DNA from: Rhodospirillaceae bacterium | Lineage (GTDB): Bacteria; Pseudomonadota; Alphaproteobacteria; Rhodospirillales; Rhodospirillaceae | DNA length: 64,000 nt | Direction of reading: 5' to 3' | NCBI GenBank assembly: GCA_041919675.1 | Contig: JAYRTJ010000006.1 | Span: 1,622-65,621 of the forward strand | Shown here: positions 36,646 through 45,121 of the stretch, piece by piece | Position numbering within the stretch: position 1 is the first letter of the stretch | How the letters are laid out: each line of letters starts with the position of its first letter | The notes under the pieces: generated by a model | Seen by the model: only the letters and a program-made list of their open reading frames with translations | Told to the model about the DNA's origin: nothing | The model's database searches: none | Program-made: the position numbers and the translations under genes

Positions 36646-37488
36646 TTAACGCGGCTGGGGTTTGGCGGCGGCGGGCGGCGGCGCGGGTGTTTCGGCGGCG
36701 CTGAGTTGTTTGCGCGCGGTCAGTTCTTCCGTCAGCGCCACGGCGCGGCGGGAGTCCATGGCGGCCAGGATGGGGGCGACCTTGGCGTCTTTCATCTTCT
36801 GCACGACCCCGACCAGGATCGGCATTTCGAGCGTGTCGAAGATGCGCGCGGCGTCCTTCGGCTTCATGACGCTATAGACGCGCACGAGCTGGTCGATCTC
36901 TTCCTGCTTCTGGGCGTCGTACTGCTTCAAAAGGCCTTGGATATTCTTTTCCAGGTCCTGGAGCTGGGCGATCTTGCCTTCGATGCGCGCTTCGGCGGCC
37001 TTCAGAAGACCGTCTTTGGCTTCCACTTCGCGTTCGCGGCGCTCGATGGTTTCACGGCGCTCGGCAAGGCGTTGCAGGGTATCGATCTCGGACTTGGTGA
37101 GGTTCGCCGGATCGAAGTTGAGCATCGGCGGCGGACCGCTTTCAGCGGGGGCGGCGGCTTCAGCGGGCGCGGCGGCGCCTTCAGCCGGCGCAGCGGGAGC
37201 CGCAGCGTCAGGCGCAGCGGCCGGCTTGGCGGCGTTATTCGGAGCGGCGGCTTGCGCAAAAGCCGCCGACTGTTCCATCACGAAAGACACGAGGCGTGTT
37301 TCGCCCGCGACTTCCTTGACGATGACCTGAAGCTTGAACCCGAGCATGCCGACGGCGGCGACGATCAACACCGGCAGCAGGCGGAACGACGGCGCCTTGC
37401 CGAGACGGCCGGTCATGGCGGACGCGCCCTGCTCGCGCAAAGTGCGCGGACGCGTCCGGGGCGGCATGTCGTAGGGGTGCTGGTTCAT
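36646..37488 (-). CDS. MotE/FlbB-like flagellar protein (MgtE-N-like C-terminal domain)
   Basis: One TM segment, an Ala/Pro-rich linker, a coiled coil (ERREREVEAKDGLLKAAEARIEGKIAQLQDLEK) and VYSVMKPKDAARIFDTLEMPILVGVVQKMKDAKVAPILAAMD. Confidence 0.7.
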   Translation of the reverse strand: MNQHPYDMPPRTRPRTLREQGASAMTGRLGKAPSFRLLPVLIVAAVGMLGFKLQVIVKEVAGETRLVSFVMEQSAAFAQAAAPNNAAKPAAAPDAAAPAAPAEGAAAPAEAAAPAESGPPPMLNFDPANLTKSEIDTLQRLAERRETIERREREVEAKDGLLKAAEARIEGKIAQLQDLEKNIQGLLKQYDAQKQEEIDQLVRVYSVMKPKDAARIFDTLEMPILVGVVQKMKDAKVAPILAAMDSRRAVALTEELTARKQLSAAETPAPPPAAAKPQPR

Positions 37489-37497
37489 TGTTCCAAA

Positions 37498-38184
37498 TTA
37501 CCGCGCGGACTGAAGGGCCTTCAAGAGTTCGCGCTCGGCTTCCGAACGCTCCTCTTCCAGGCTTTGCGGTTCAGGACGGGCGGCGCGTTCAAACTGGCTT
37601 TCCAGGGTGCGCTTCGGACGCGGGAAACCGGCGGACGCGGCCGCCGGAGCGGCCTGCGCGGCCCGGCCCGGCACGCCGGCTTCGGCGCGCGCGGCGCCAA
37701 GGGCCGAGCGCAGATCGGCGGCGGTTTCTTCAAATCCGGCGACGGTATGCGCAAGCGTGCCGGCGGCGGGCGCGGCGGACCGCGGCGCCACATCGGCATA
37801 GGTCGCGCGGGCGCCCGGCGCCGTCACCGGCTGCACCTGGGCGACGTTCGACACGCCTTCGCTGCGCGCGACACGCACGGCGCCTTCGAGGCGGCCGGCG
37901 AGTTCTTCGGCGCGCGCGATCATGAACGCGAGGTCGTCGCGCAGGGTCTGGGCCTTCTCAACCCGGTCCTTGAGCGAGAGGTTGGCTTCGGTGGTGGCTT
38001 TCTTGAGTTTCGGGATGCCGGCTTCGGCGCGCATCGTCGCTTCGTTGAAGCTGTTGACCACCTTCGACAATTCGTCACGCGACTTGCGGAGCGCGGTGAG
38101 ACGGCGGTTCAGGATGACGGCGTAAACGATCGTCGGGACGAGCAGCAGGATAACGACAATGTCGAGGATGGAATCGGTCGTCAT
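37498..38184 (-). CDS. Flagellar-cluster membrane protein (resembles DUF6468 family)
   Basis: N-terminal TM ILDIVVILLLVPTIVYAVILNRRL, then a helical region. Sits between fliM and the motE-like gene with gaps of only 9-130 nt. Family name is from memory. Confidence 0.6.
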   Translation of the reverse strand: MTTDSILDIVVILLLVPTIVYAVILNRRLTALRKSRDELSKVVNSFNEATMRAEAGIPKLKKATTEANLSLKDRVEKAQTLRDDLAFMIARAEELAGRLEGAVRVARSEGVSNVAQVQPVTAPGARATYADVAPRSAAPAAGTLAHTVAGFEETAADLRSALGAARAEAGVPGRAAQAAPAAASAGFPRPKRTLESQFERAARPEPQSLEEERSEAERELLKALQSAR

Positions 38185-38317
38185 GGCTCTCTCCCGAAGG
38201 GGTCTCGTTTATTATATCGGTTTCGGCAGCGAATTTCGCATCGCGGGCCATAAAAGATAGTTAACGGCGGCAATAATTGCCGGGGACCAGCCGCCCTTGA
38301 AGAACAGGTGGAAAGGC

Positions 38318-39475
38318 TTACGCGCCGACGCCTTTTTCCTTGTTGGCGCCGAGGCGGCGATGGTCGACGCGGATGGCGATATTGTTGCCGCGGCGGCCCA
38401 TTTTGCCGACGAACATCGGCTGATCGCCGCAGCGCAGGATCACGGGCGAGTCCGCGGTCGCGTTCAGGAGGAGCTTGGAGCCCACCTTCATGTTGAGGAC
38501 GCGCGAGAGCGGCAGAACCTGGGTATCGAGCACCGCCTCGAGCGGCACTTCGGTGAACCACATTTCCTCGGCCAGGTGGGTTTCCCAAATCGAGTCGCGG
38601 CCGAACTTTTCCCCCATGAACATCTGCAAGAGAAGTTCGCGGACCGGTTCGAGGGTCGCGAAGGGGATGAGAATTTCGAGGCGGCCGCCGCGGTCTTCCA
38701 TGTCGATGCGCAAGCGCGCGACGATGGCGGCGTTGGACGGCTGGGAAATGGTGGCGAAACGCGGGTTGGTTTCCAGGCGGTCGAAACGGAAGGTGACCGG
38801 CGAGAGCGGATCGAAGGCGGCGGACAAATCAGCCAGCACGACGTGGATCATGCGCTCGACCAGCGTGCGTTCGATGGTGGTGTAGGGACGCCCTTCCACG
38901 CGCATGGCCGCGGTGCCGCGGCGGCCGCCGAGCAGCACGTCGACGATCGAATAGATCATCGAGCTGTCCACGGTCATGAGGCCGAAGTTGTCCCACTCTT
39001 CCGCCTTGAAGACGGTCAGCATGGCCGGCAGCGGGATCGAGTTCAGATAGTCGCCGAAACGCTGCGAGAGAATGTCGTCCAGCGAGACTTCGACGTTGTC
39101 GGACGTGAAGTTACGCAAGGAGGTCGTCATCATGCGCACGAGCCGGTCGAACACGACTTCCAGCATGGGAAGGCGTTCGTAGGACACGAGCGCGGAGTTG
39201 AGGATCGCCTGGATGCCGGCGCGGTCGGAGCCTTCATCGGAGGCTTCGTCGAACCCCAAGAGACTGTCGATTTCGTCCTGGTTCAGGACGCGCGTGGACT
39301 CGCCGCGGGCGCCGCCGCCCATGAAATCATCGGCGCCTTCGTCGGCGCCGCCGAGCATCGCTTCCCATTCGGCCGCCATCGCATCGGCGTCCTCGCCCCC
39401 TTTCGCGGGTTCGGGCGCGTCCGTCTTGGCGTCGGCCAGCGCGGCGGCGAGTTCGTCGGATTCACTTGGACTCAT
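38318..39475 (-). CDS. fliM: Flagellar motor switch protein FliM
   Basis: N-terminal VLNQDEIDSLLGF motif, FliM middle domain and C-terminal FliN-like domain (...LNMKVGSKLLLNATADSPVILRCGDQPMFVGKMGRRGNNIAIRV). Confidence 0.9.
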   Translation of the reverse strand: MSPSESDELAAALADAKTDAPEPAKGGEDADAMAAEWEAMLGGADEGADDFMGGGARGESTRVLNQDEIDSLLGFDEASDEGSDRAGIQAILNSALVSYERLPMLEVVFDRLVRMMTTSLRNFTSDNVEVSLDDILSQRFGDYLNSIPLPAMLTVFKAEEWDNFGLMTVDSSMIYSIVDVLLGGRRGTAAMRVEGRPYTTIERTLVERMIHVVLADLSAAFDPLSPVTFRFDRLETNPRFATISQPSNAAIVARLRIDMEDRGGRLEILIPFATLEPVRELLLQMFMGEKFGRDSIWETHLAEEMWFTEVPLEAVLDTQVLPLSRVLNMKVGSKLLLNATADSPVILRCGDQPMFVGKMGRRGNNIAIRVDHRRLGANKEKGVGA

Positions 39476-39506
39476 GTACGAACCTTTTGGGTCGCTAACT
39501 TAGTGC

Positions 39507-40103
39507 TTACTGAACAATCATGTCCTTGAAGAGCACGTCCTTCACCTGCGACGGACGCACGGCGGCGTTGACGCGGTTCAGGAGCTCCTCGCGCAGGCGA
39601 TACATGCCGGCGGCGCCTTGCAGATCCTCGAGGCGCAGCTCGCGCAGGTAGACCTGGAAATTGTCGACGATGCGCGGCAGCACGTTGTCGATGCGCGCGA
39701 TGTCCGCTTCGCTGGTGAGCTCGAGGCTCACCTTGATCTTCAAGAAATTGCGGGTACGGCCGGCGGTGTTGATGTTCACCAGCATCTCGGGCATTTCGTA
39801 GAACACGGCGCCGACGCCGCTGTCCGCGCCGGCGGCGGGCGCGGCTTCGGCGGGCTTCGCATGCTCGGCGGCCGGCGCGGCATGTTCGCCTTCGGCCGGC
39901 GCCGCGGCCTGTTCTTCAGGGGCGGCTCCGCCGGAGATCATCGCGAGCAAGGGATCGGCCAGGCCGGTGAAATAAGCCGCGGTCGCGCCGCCGAGGATGA
40001 GAAGAATCGGCAGCACGACCATGAGCAACAGCTTCTTTTTGCCGCCGCCGCCGCCACCCTCGAATTCGGGCTCGTCGCCTTCGAAATCCTGTTCTTCCGC
40101 CAT
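39507..40103 (-). CDS. fliL: Flagellar basal-body-associated protein FliL
   Basis: KKKLLLMVVLPILLILGG TM segment, then FYEMPEMLVNINTAGRTRNFLKIKVSLEL...FQVYLRELRLEDL. Start ATG 40103 after AAGGA. Confidence 0.85.
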   Translation of the reverse strand: MAEEQDFEGDEPEFEGGGGGGKKKLLLMVVLPILLILGGATAAYFTGLADPLLAMISGGAAPEEQAAAPAEGEHAAPAAEHAKPAEAAPAAGADSGVGAVFYEMPEMLVNINTAGRTRNFLKIKVSLELTSEADIARIDNVLPRIVDNFQVYLRELRLEDLQGAAGMYRLREELLNRVNAAVRPSQVKDVLFKDMIVQ

Positions 40104-40210
40104 TGCCTTTAGTCCTTGCGCAAAGCGCACGTTACGGCCCGAGAGAGAGATCGGGCCTTTGCGAGGTTCCGCAAACCTACCGGGCCGGGGTTAACAATAT
40201 ACTTAATAGC

Positions 40211-40256
40211 GGGCCCTCGCCCCCCGCCCTCGCCGGCACGCGGGGAGAGGGCGCGA
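40211..40256. repeat. REP-like GC-rich palindromic unit (related copy at 41180-41230)
   Basis: gggccctcgccccccgccctcgccggcacgcggggagagggcgcg resembles cccctcgccccgaccctcgcccgcacgcggaagagggggaagaggg. The two copies flank flgF. Confidence 0.5.
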
Positions 40257-40364
40257 AGGTGCAGGCAGTTTTTGCCCCTCAAGGGCGGCAAAAGAGAGTC
40301 TTTGCCGGGGCGGAACGCCGCCTCCTGCCGCCGCAAAGCATTGTTTTATCTCGTAAAACAGCTC

Positions 40365-40380
40365 TGGCACGGCGTATGCA
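40365..40380 (+). promoter_or_regulatory. Sigma-54 (-24/-12) promoter for flgFGAH
   Basis: tggcacggcgtatgca versus TGGCAC-N5-TTGCA: one mismatch with correct GG/GC spacing. Lies 44 nt upstream of the flgF ATG. Confidence 0.65.
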
Positions 40381-40423
40381 TTAGATGGGCCAATCACTCA
40401 GCGCAAAAGCGCGGGAAAAGGCC

Positions 40424-41179
40424 ATGGATAATACGACATATATCGCGCTGTCGCGGCAGCAGGCGCTTTGGAACCAGCTTTCGGTGGTCGCCAACAACCT
40501 GGCGAACGTGAACACGACCGGCTTCAAGGGCACGGACGTTCTGTTCACGCAGTACATCGAGCGCGTGAAGCAAGACGACCGCACGTTTGAAGACAAGGTG
40601 GCGTTCACCCACGACTTCGGTCTGGTGCGCAACCTGGCGCAGGGCGCCTTCAATTACACCGGCAACACCTTCGACCTCGCCATCCAGGGCGAAGGCTATT
40701 TCGCGCTGCAGGACCAGAACGGCGGCGTGCGCTACACCCGCGCCGGCAACCTGACCGTCAACGGCGAAGGCCAGCTCGTCACCCAGGACAACCGCCCGGT
40801 GCTCGGCACCAACGACGCGCCGATCACCGTGCCGCGCGACGTCGGCGAAATCCTCGTCCAGGGCGACGGTTCGATCATCAATCAGAAGACCGCTGAATCC
40901 ATCGGCCAGATCAAGATCGTGCGCTTCGACGACGAGCGCCTTTTAAAGCAGGTCGACGGCACCTCCTTCGTCACGGTTCCCGGCCAGCAGGAAATCGTGA
41001 TGCAGAACCCGAAGCTGGCGCAGGGCGTCCTGGAAGATTCGAACGTGAACGGCATCAGCGAAATGACCCGTCTGATCGCCCTCAACCGCACCTACCAGGA
41101 CGTCACGAGAATGGTGGAACAAGAGCACGAGCGGAAACGCAAAGCGTCCGACCTCTTCGCCCGCCAGACGACCGCTTAA
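40424..41179 (+). CDS. flgF: Flagellar basal-body rod protein FlgF
   Basis: MDNTTYIALSRQQALWNQLSVVANNLANVNTTGFK... and the conserved rod C-terminus. Start trimmed to ATG 40424. Confidence 0.9.
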   Translation: MDNTTYIALSRQQALWNQLSVVANNLANVNTTGFKGTDVLFTQYIERVKQDDRTFEDKVAFTHDFGLVRNLAQGAFNYTGNTFDLAIQGEGYFALQDQNGGVRYTRAGNLTVNGEGQLVTQDNRPVLGTNDAPITVPRDVGEILVQGDGSIINQKTAESIGQIKIVRFDDERLLKQVDGTSFVTVPGQQEIVMQNPKLAQGVLEDSNVNGISEMTRLIALNRTYQDVTRMVEQEHERKRKASDLFARQTTA

Positions 41180-41247
41180 GCCCCTCGCCCCGACCCTCGC
41201 CCGCACGCGGAAGAGGGGGAAGAGGGAAAGAACAAGGAACAACGGCC

Positions 41248-42039
41248 ATGAGTATCCGAGCTCTCAGTATCGCCGCGACCGGTATGCTTGCACAGCAGAC
41301 CAACGTGGAAGTCATCTCGAACAACATCGCCAACATGAACACGACGGCGTACACGCGCCGCCGCGCGGAGTTCAACGACCTGTTGTACCAGGATCTGCGC
41401 CGTGTCGGTTCGACCTCCTCGGACGCGGGGACCATCGTGCCCGCCGGCGTGCAGCTCGGCCTCGGCGTGAAGACCGCCGCCGTGTACCGCATCTCGGAGC
41501 AGGGCTCGCTGCTCTCGACCGACAACAGCCTCGACATCGCCATCCAGGGCAAGGGCTACTTCCAGGTTCAATTGCCGGACGGCACGCAGGCTTACACGCG
41601 CGACGGTTCGTTCCAGCTTTCGCCCACGGGCGAAGTTGTCACGCACAACGGCTTCCTGGTGACGGGCCTCGGGGCGATCCCGGTCGACGCCACCTCGATC
41701 TCGATCAATCCGCAAGGCCAGATGTTCTACACCCAGGACGGCGTGGTCGCGCCGGCCCAGGCGGGTCAGCTGCAATTGGCCACGTTCGCGAACGACGCCG
41801 GTCTCGAAGCCACCGGCGACAACCTCTACCGCGAAACGCCGGCCTCGGGCCAGGCGACCGCCGGCCTGCCGGGAGCTCCCGGATTTGGCACGATCCTGCA
41901 AGGCTTCCTCGAAACCTCGAACGTCAACGTCGTCTCGGAAATCACCGACCTCATCAGCGCCCAGCGCGCTTATGAAATGAACTCGAAGGTGATCAAGACC
42001 GCCGACGAAATGGCCTCGACCATCAATCAGATCTCGTAA
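41248..42039 (+). CDS. flgG: Flagellar basal-body rod protein FlgG
   Basis: MSIRALSIAATGMLAQQTNVEVISNNIANMNTTAYTRRR...VSEITDLISAQRAYEMNSKVIKTADEM. Confidence 0.95.
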   Translation: MSIRALSIAATGMLAQQTNVEVISNNIANMNTTAYTRRRAEFNDLLYQDLRRVGSTSSDAGTIVPAGVQLGLGVKTAAVYRISEQGSLLSTDNSLDIAIQGKGYFQVQLPDGTQAYTRDGSFQLSPTGEVVTHNGFLVTGLGAIPVDATSISINPQGQMFYTQDGVVAPAQAGQLQLATFANDAGLEATGDNLYRETPASGQATAGLPGAPGFGTILQGFLETSNVNVVSEITDLISAQRAYEMNSKVIKTADEMASTINQIS

Positions 42040-42062
42040 TCCGGACTTTTAGGACGTTCGCC

Positions 42063-43475
42063 ATGGGTAAGTTGGTTCGTATGAATAAGAGCTTCGCACT
42101 GTCGCTCGCCGTCATGCTTGCTGCCTCCCCCCTCGCAGCAGCCACAACCGTCGATGGGAAAACGGGCGGCAGTGCGAACACCCTCGATGAGGGCCTGCGC
42201 CTCAACACGGCGATCACCGTGCAGGGCGACGCGGTCACCCTCGGCGACGTGTTCCAAGGCTATCTCTCGCGCCCCGAGAAAGTCGTCGCCCAGGCGCCGA
42301 AGCCGGGCCAGCGCATGACCCTTTCGGCCGAATGGCTGGAAGACACCGCGCGCACCTACGGCCTCGACTGGCGTCCGGTCAACACCTTCGACCGCGCGGT
42401 TGTGTATCAGCCGGGCCGGACGGTGAACGGCGCGGACATCATGGCGCAGGTGAAAGCCGCGCTGATCGCGAACGGCATGCCGGAAAACTACGGCGTGACC
42501 AACGCGACCACGATCGCGCCCGTCACCGTGGCGATGAAAGCCTCGACCGAAGCCGACGTGCGTGAAGCGGTGTACAACGAAACCAACCGCACGTTCTCGG
42601 CCCTCGTGCAGATCCCGCGCAACGACCCGCATGCGATTTTCATCCAGCTGCGCGGCGCCGCGTTCCCGACGGTTCAGCTGCCCGTCCTGAAGGCGGCCGC
42701 CGGCAAGAACACCGCCATCACGGCGGATATGATCGACATCATCGACGTCGCCGAAGACCAGGTGCGCCCGGCGACCCTGACCGATCCCAACCAGCTGATC
42801 GGCAAGACGCCGAAGATGTTCCTCAAAGCCGGTCAGCCGATCCGCGAGAACGACGTGACGCAGATCACCATGGTCGACGTGCCGGTGCTGGTCACCGCGG
42901 CCGACCGCGACACCCGCATCACCAAGGCCGACGTGAAGGTCGTATCGATGAACGCCGCCAGCCTGCCGGCCGACGCCGTCACCGACGCCGCCTTCCTGGT
43001 GGGCAAGACCCCGCGCCGCAACCTGGTGGCCGGAACGCCGGTCCGCCGCGCCGATGTCGCCGTCGTCAAGCAGATCGAAGTGCCGGTGCTGGCGCGCGAT
43101 GTCGCCCGCGGCACCGAACTGACCGCCGACGACATTACCTTTGTCATGATGAACGAAGGCGAAGTGGTGGGCGACGTCGTGACCGACGAAGCCGGCATCG
43201 TGGGCCAGACCGCCCGCCTGATGCTGCGCGCCGGCCAGCCGCTTCGCAAATTCTCGATGACCAAACCCATTGCCGTCGAACGCAATCAGATGGTGACCGT
43301 GATGTGGACCGTGAAGTCGATGAACCTGACCGCCCAGGCCAAGACGATGGAGCGCGGCGCGGTGGGTGAAGTGATCCGCGTGACCAACACCAAGAGCAAC
43401 CAGACCGTTCTTGCGGAAATCATCGACAGCCGCACGGTGCGCGTCGCCGCGCCCGACCAGACGTCCTCGCGCTAA
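42063..43475 (+). CDS. flgA: FlgA (P-ring assembly chaperone), expanded form with three tandem SAF-like units
   Basis: Signal peptide. Three units of the type ITADMIDIIDV..LIGKTPKMFLKAGQPIREND / ITKADVKVVSM..LVGKTPRRNLVAGTPVRRAD / LTADDITFVMM..IVGQTARLMLRAGQPLRKF. FlgA C-terminus VERNQMVTVMW...GEVIRVTN. Sits between flgG and flgH. Confidence 0.8.
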   Translation: MGKLVRMNKSFALSLAVMLAASPLAAATTVDGKTGGSANTLDEGLRLNTAITVQGDAVTLGDVFQGYLSRPEKVVAQAPKPGQRMTLSAEWLEDTARTYGLDWRPVNTFDRAVVYQPGRTVNGADIMAQVKAALIANGMPENYGVTNATTIAPVTVAMKASTEADVREAVYNETNRTFSALVQIPRNDPHAIFIQLRGAAFPTVQLPVLKAAAGKNTAITADMIDIIDVAEDQVRPATLTDPNQLIGKTPKMFLKAGQPIRENDVTQITMVDVPVLVTAADRDTRITKADVKVVSMNAASLPADAVTDAAFLVGKTPRRNLVAGTPVRRADVAVVKQIEVPVLARDVARGTELTADDITFVMMNEGEVVGDVVTDEAGIVGQTARLMLRAGQPLRKFSMTKPIAVERNQMVTVMWTVKSMNLTAQAKTMERGAVGEVIRVTNTKSNQTVLAEIIDSRTVRVAAPDQTSSR

Positions 43476-43495
43476 TTAAGTTGAAGGAAACGGCC

Positions 43496-44224
43496 ATGAC
43501 CAAGACAACCCTTTTCCGCCTCGCGGCCTGCCTGCTCACGGCAAGCATGTTATCGGCTTGCGGCACGGCCGAGCGCCTGTCGCGCATCGGCGCGAACCCG
43601 GCGATGTCTCCGGTCACGAGCCCGACCCAGCATGAAGACTACCGCCCCGTCAGCATGCCGATGCCCACCCCGCTGATCCTCGAGCCCGCCGCGAATTCGC
43701 TGTGGCGTCCGGGCGCGCGCGCCTTCTTCAAGGACCAGCGCGCCAAGCAGGTCGGCGACGTGCTGACCGTGGTGGTGAACATCCAGAACGAACGCGCGCA
43801 GCTGCAGCAGCAGACCAGCCGCACCCGCGATAATACGGAAGGCGTCAGCACCCCGAACGTGTTCGGCATCGGCGCCCTGCAGACCGACCCGGGCTTGGAT
43901 GCCACCAGCAACTCCAACTCGACGGGCACGGGTTCGATCCAGCGCTCGGAAAGCATCAACCTGCGCCTCGCCGCCACCATTCTCCAGGTTCTGCCGAACG
44001 GCAACCTCGCCCTCGCGGGCCGTCAGGAAGTGCGCGTGAACGGCGAGCTGCGCGAACTTCTGGTGGCCGGCGTCATCCGCCCCGAAGACATCCGGTCCGA
44101 CAACACCATTTCCTGGGACAAGATCGCCGAAGCCCGCGTCTCTTACGGCGGCCGCGGCATCGTCACCGACGTGCAGTCGCCGCGTTGGGGCCAGCAACTC
44201 TTCGACGTCCTGTTCCCCTATTAG
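43496..44224 (+). CDS. flgH: Flagellar L-ring lipoprotein FlgH
   Basis: Lipobox LSAC. LWRPGARAFFKDQRAKQVGDVLTVVVN...ISWDKIAEARVSYGGRG. ATG 43496 follows AAGGAA. Confidence 0.9.
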   Translation: MTKTTLFRLAACLLTASMLSACGTAERLSRIGANPAMSPVTSPTQHEDYRPVSMPMPTPLILEPAANSLWRPGARAFFKDQRAKQVGDVLTVVVNIQNERAQLQQQTSRTRDNTEGVSTPNVFGIGALQTDPGLDATSNSNSTGTGSIQRSESINLRLAATILQVLPNGNLALAGRQEVRVNGELRELLVAGVIRPEDIRSDNTISWDKIAEARVSYGGRGIVTDVQSPRWGQQLFDVLFPY

Positions 44225-44629
44225 TTTGCGGAAGGAAGCGCCGGCGGCTTAGCGGGAATCACCCCCCGCACGTCCGCCGGCCTTCCGGCCGCGCCTTCTG
44301 TCTCGCCGTTCATATCCATGGCCGGCGCAGAAGCAAACTCCGGGCTGGTGGAGATCTTCCACCAGCCCTTATTTTTTCTGCGCGCGGACGATGAGCGCGG
44401 GAGCAGGCGCGTTTGCCGCCGGGTTTCGGGTGAAAATAACGCCGGCGCCCGTCAATTTTTTCGTTAACGAGAGATAAACGGCGGAACCGGGGTTTATTGA
44501 AAGCGCCTCAAAACCAGCCCGGGGAATCCTTGAAGAGTCTGAGGGTTAACGGGGCGCGGTGGGGGCGGTTTCGGGGGTTTTTGCACCGGAAGTCGATGAA
44601 ATTTGGCCGCGAAAAATGGCCCCGAGACC

Positions 44630-44656
44630 AATGGTTAAAACCGTTTGTTAACCATT
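44630..44656. promoter_or_regulatory. Perfect 9-bp inverted repeat carrying two TTAACCAT (CtrA half-site-type) motifs upstream of flaF
   Basis: aatggttaa-N9-ttaaccatt, 89 nt upstream of the flaF ATG. A TTAA-N7-TAAAC site also lies at 44464-44479. Confidence 0.4.
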
Positions 44657-44744
44657 CGGGCCCATATCTCGTGAGCGTAGAAAGTAGCGTGTTTCCACTC
44701 GATGCCTCGACACCACGGTATGACTTAGCAAAGGGGATAAACGG

Positions 44745-45098
44745 ATGAACATGATGAGCACCGCCACGGCGAACCTCACCGTATTTGAGGAAGACGCCCT
44801 CGCTTTGACCCAGGCTGCGCTGGAAATCAGCCGCGCCTATGAATCCAAGGACGAACGCCGCCTCGCCGCCGCGCTCGACCGCAATCTGAAACTGTGGGTC
44901 GGTATCCGCACCCTGGTTTCCTCGGCGGAAAATCCGCTGCCCATGCAGATCAAGGACAACCTGATCCGCCTCTCCAGCTTCGTTGCCCAGAAGACCTTCG
45001 AAATGCAGAACGGTGCGAACGCGAAGACCATCGAGTCGCTCGCGAACACCAACCTGCAGATCTCCGAAGGTCTGCTGGACAAGCGCAGCGCTCACTAA
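44745..45098 (+). CDS. flaF: Flagellar biosynthesis regulator FlaF
   Basis: 117 aa: ...ALTQAALEISRAY...LDRNLKLWVGIRTLVSSAENPLPMQIKDNLIRLSSFV...TNLQISEGL matches the FlaF family layout. No flbT or flagellin gene nearby. Confidence 0.8.
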   Translation: MNMMSTATANLTVFEEDALALTQAALEISRAYESKDERRLAAALDRNLKLWVGIRTLVSSAENPLPMQIKDNLIRLSSFVAQKTFEMQNGANAKTIESLANTNLQISEGLLDKRSAH

Positions 45099-45121
45099 GC
45101 GCCCGCTTCTTAGCAGTCATA

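Noticed and set aside
40191-40206. Full CtrA boxes at 40191-40206 (fliL side) and 51603-51618 (dksA upstream).
   Set aside because: Both read TTAA-N8-TTAA, one nucleotide longer than the TTAA-N7-TTAAC consensus. They are kept only as weak remarks, not as features.
44497-44748. 83-aa ORF in the flaF leader as a possible flbT.
   Set aside because: Its sequence (MKAPQNQPGESLKSLRVNGARWGRF...) has no resemblance to the FlbT N-terminus (M.LKL.LKPGE...), it lacks an RBS, and its composition is atypical.
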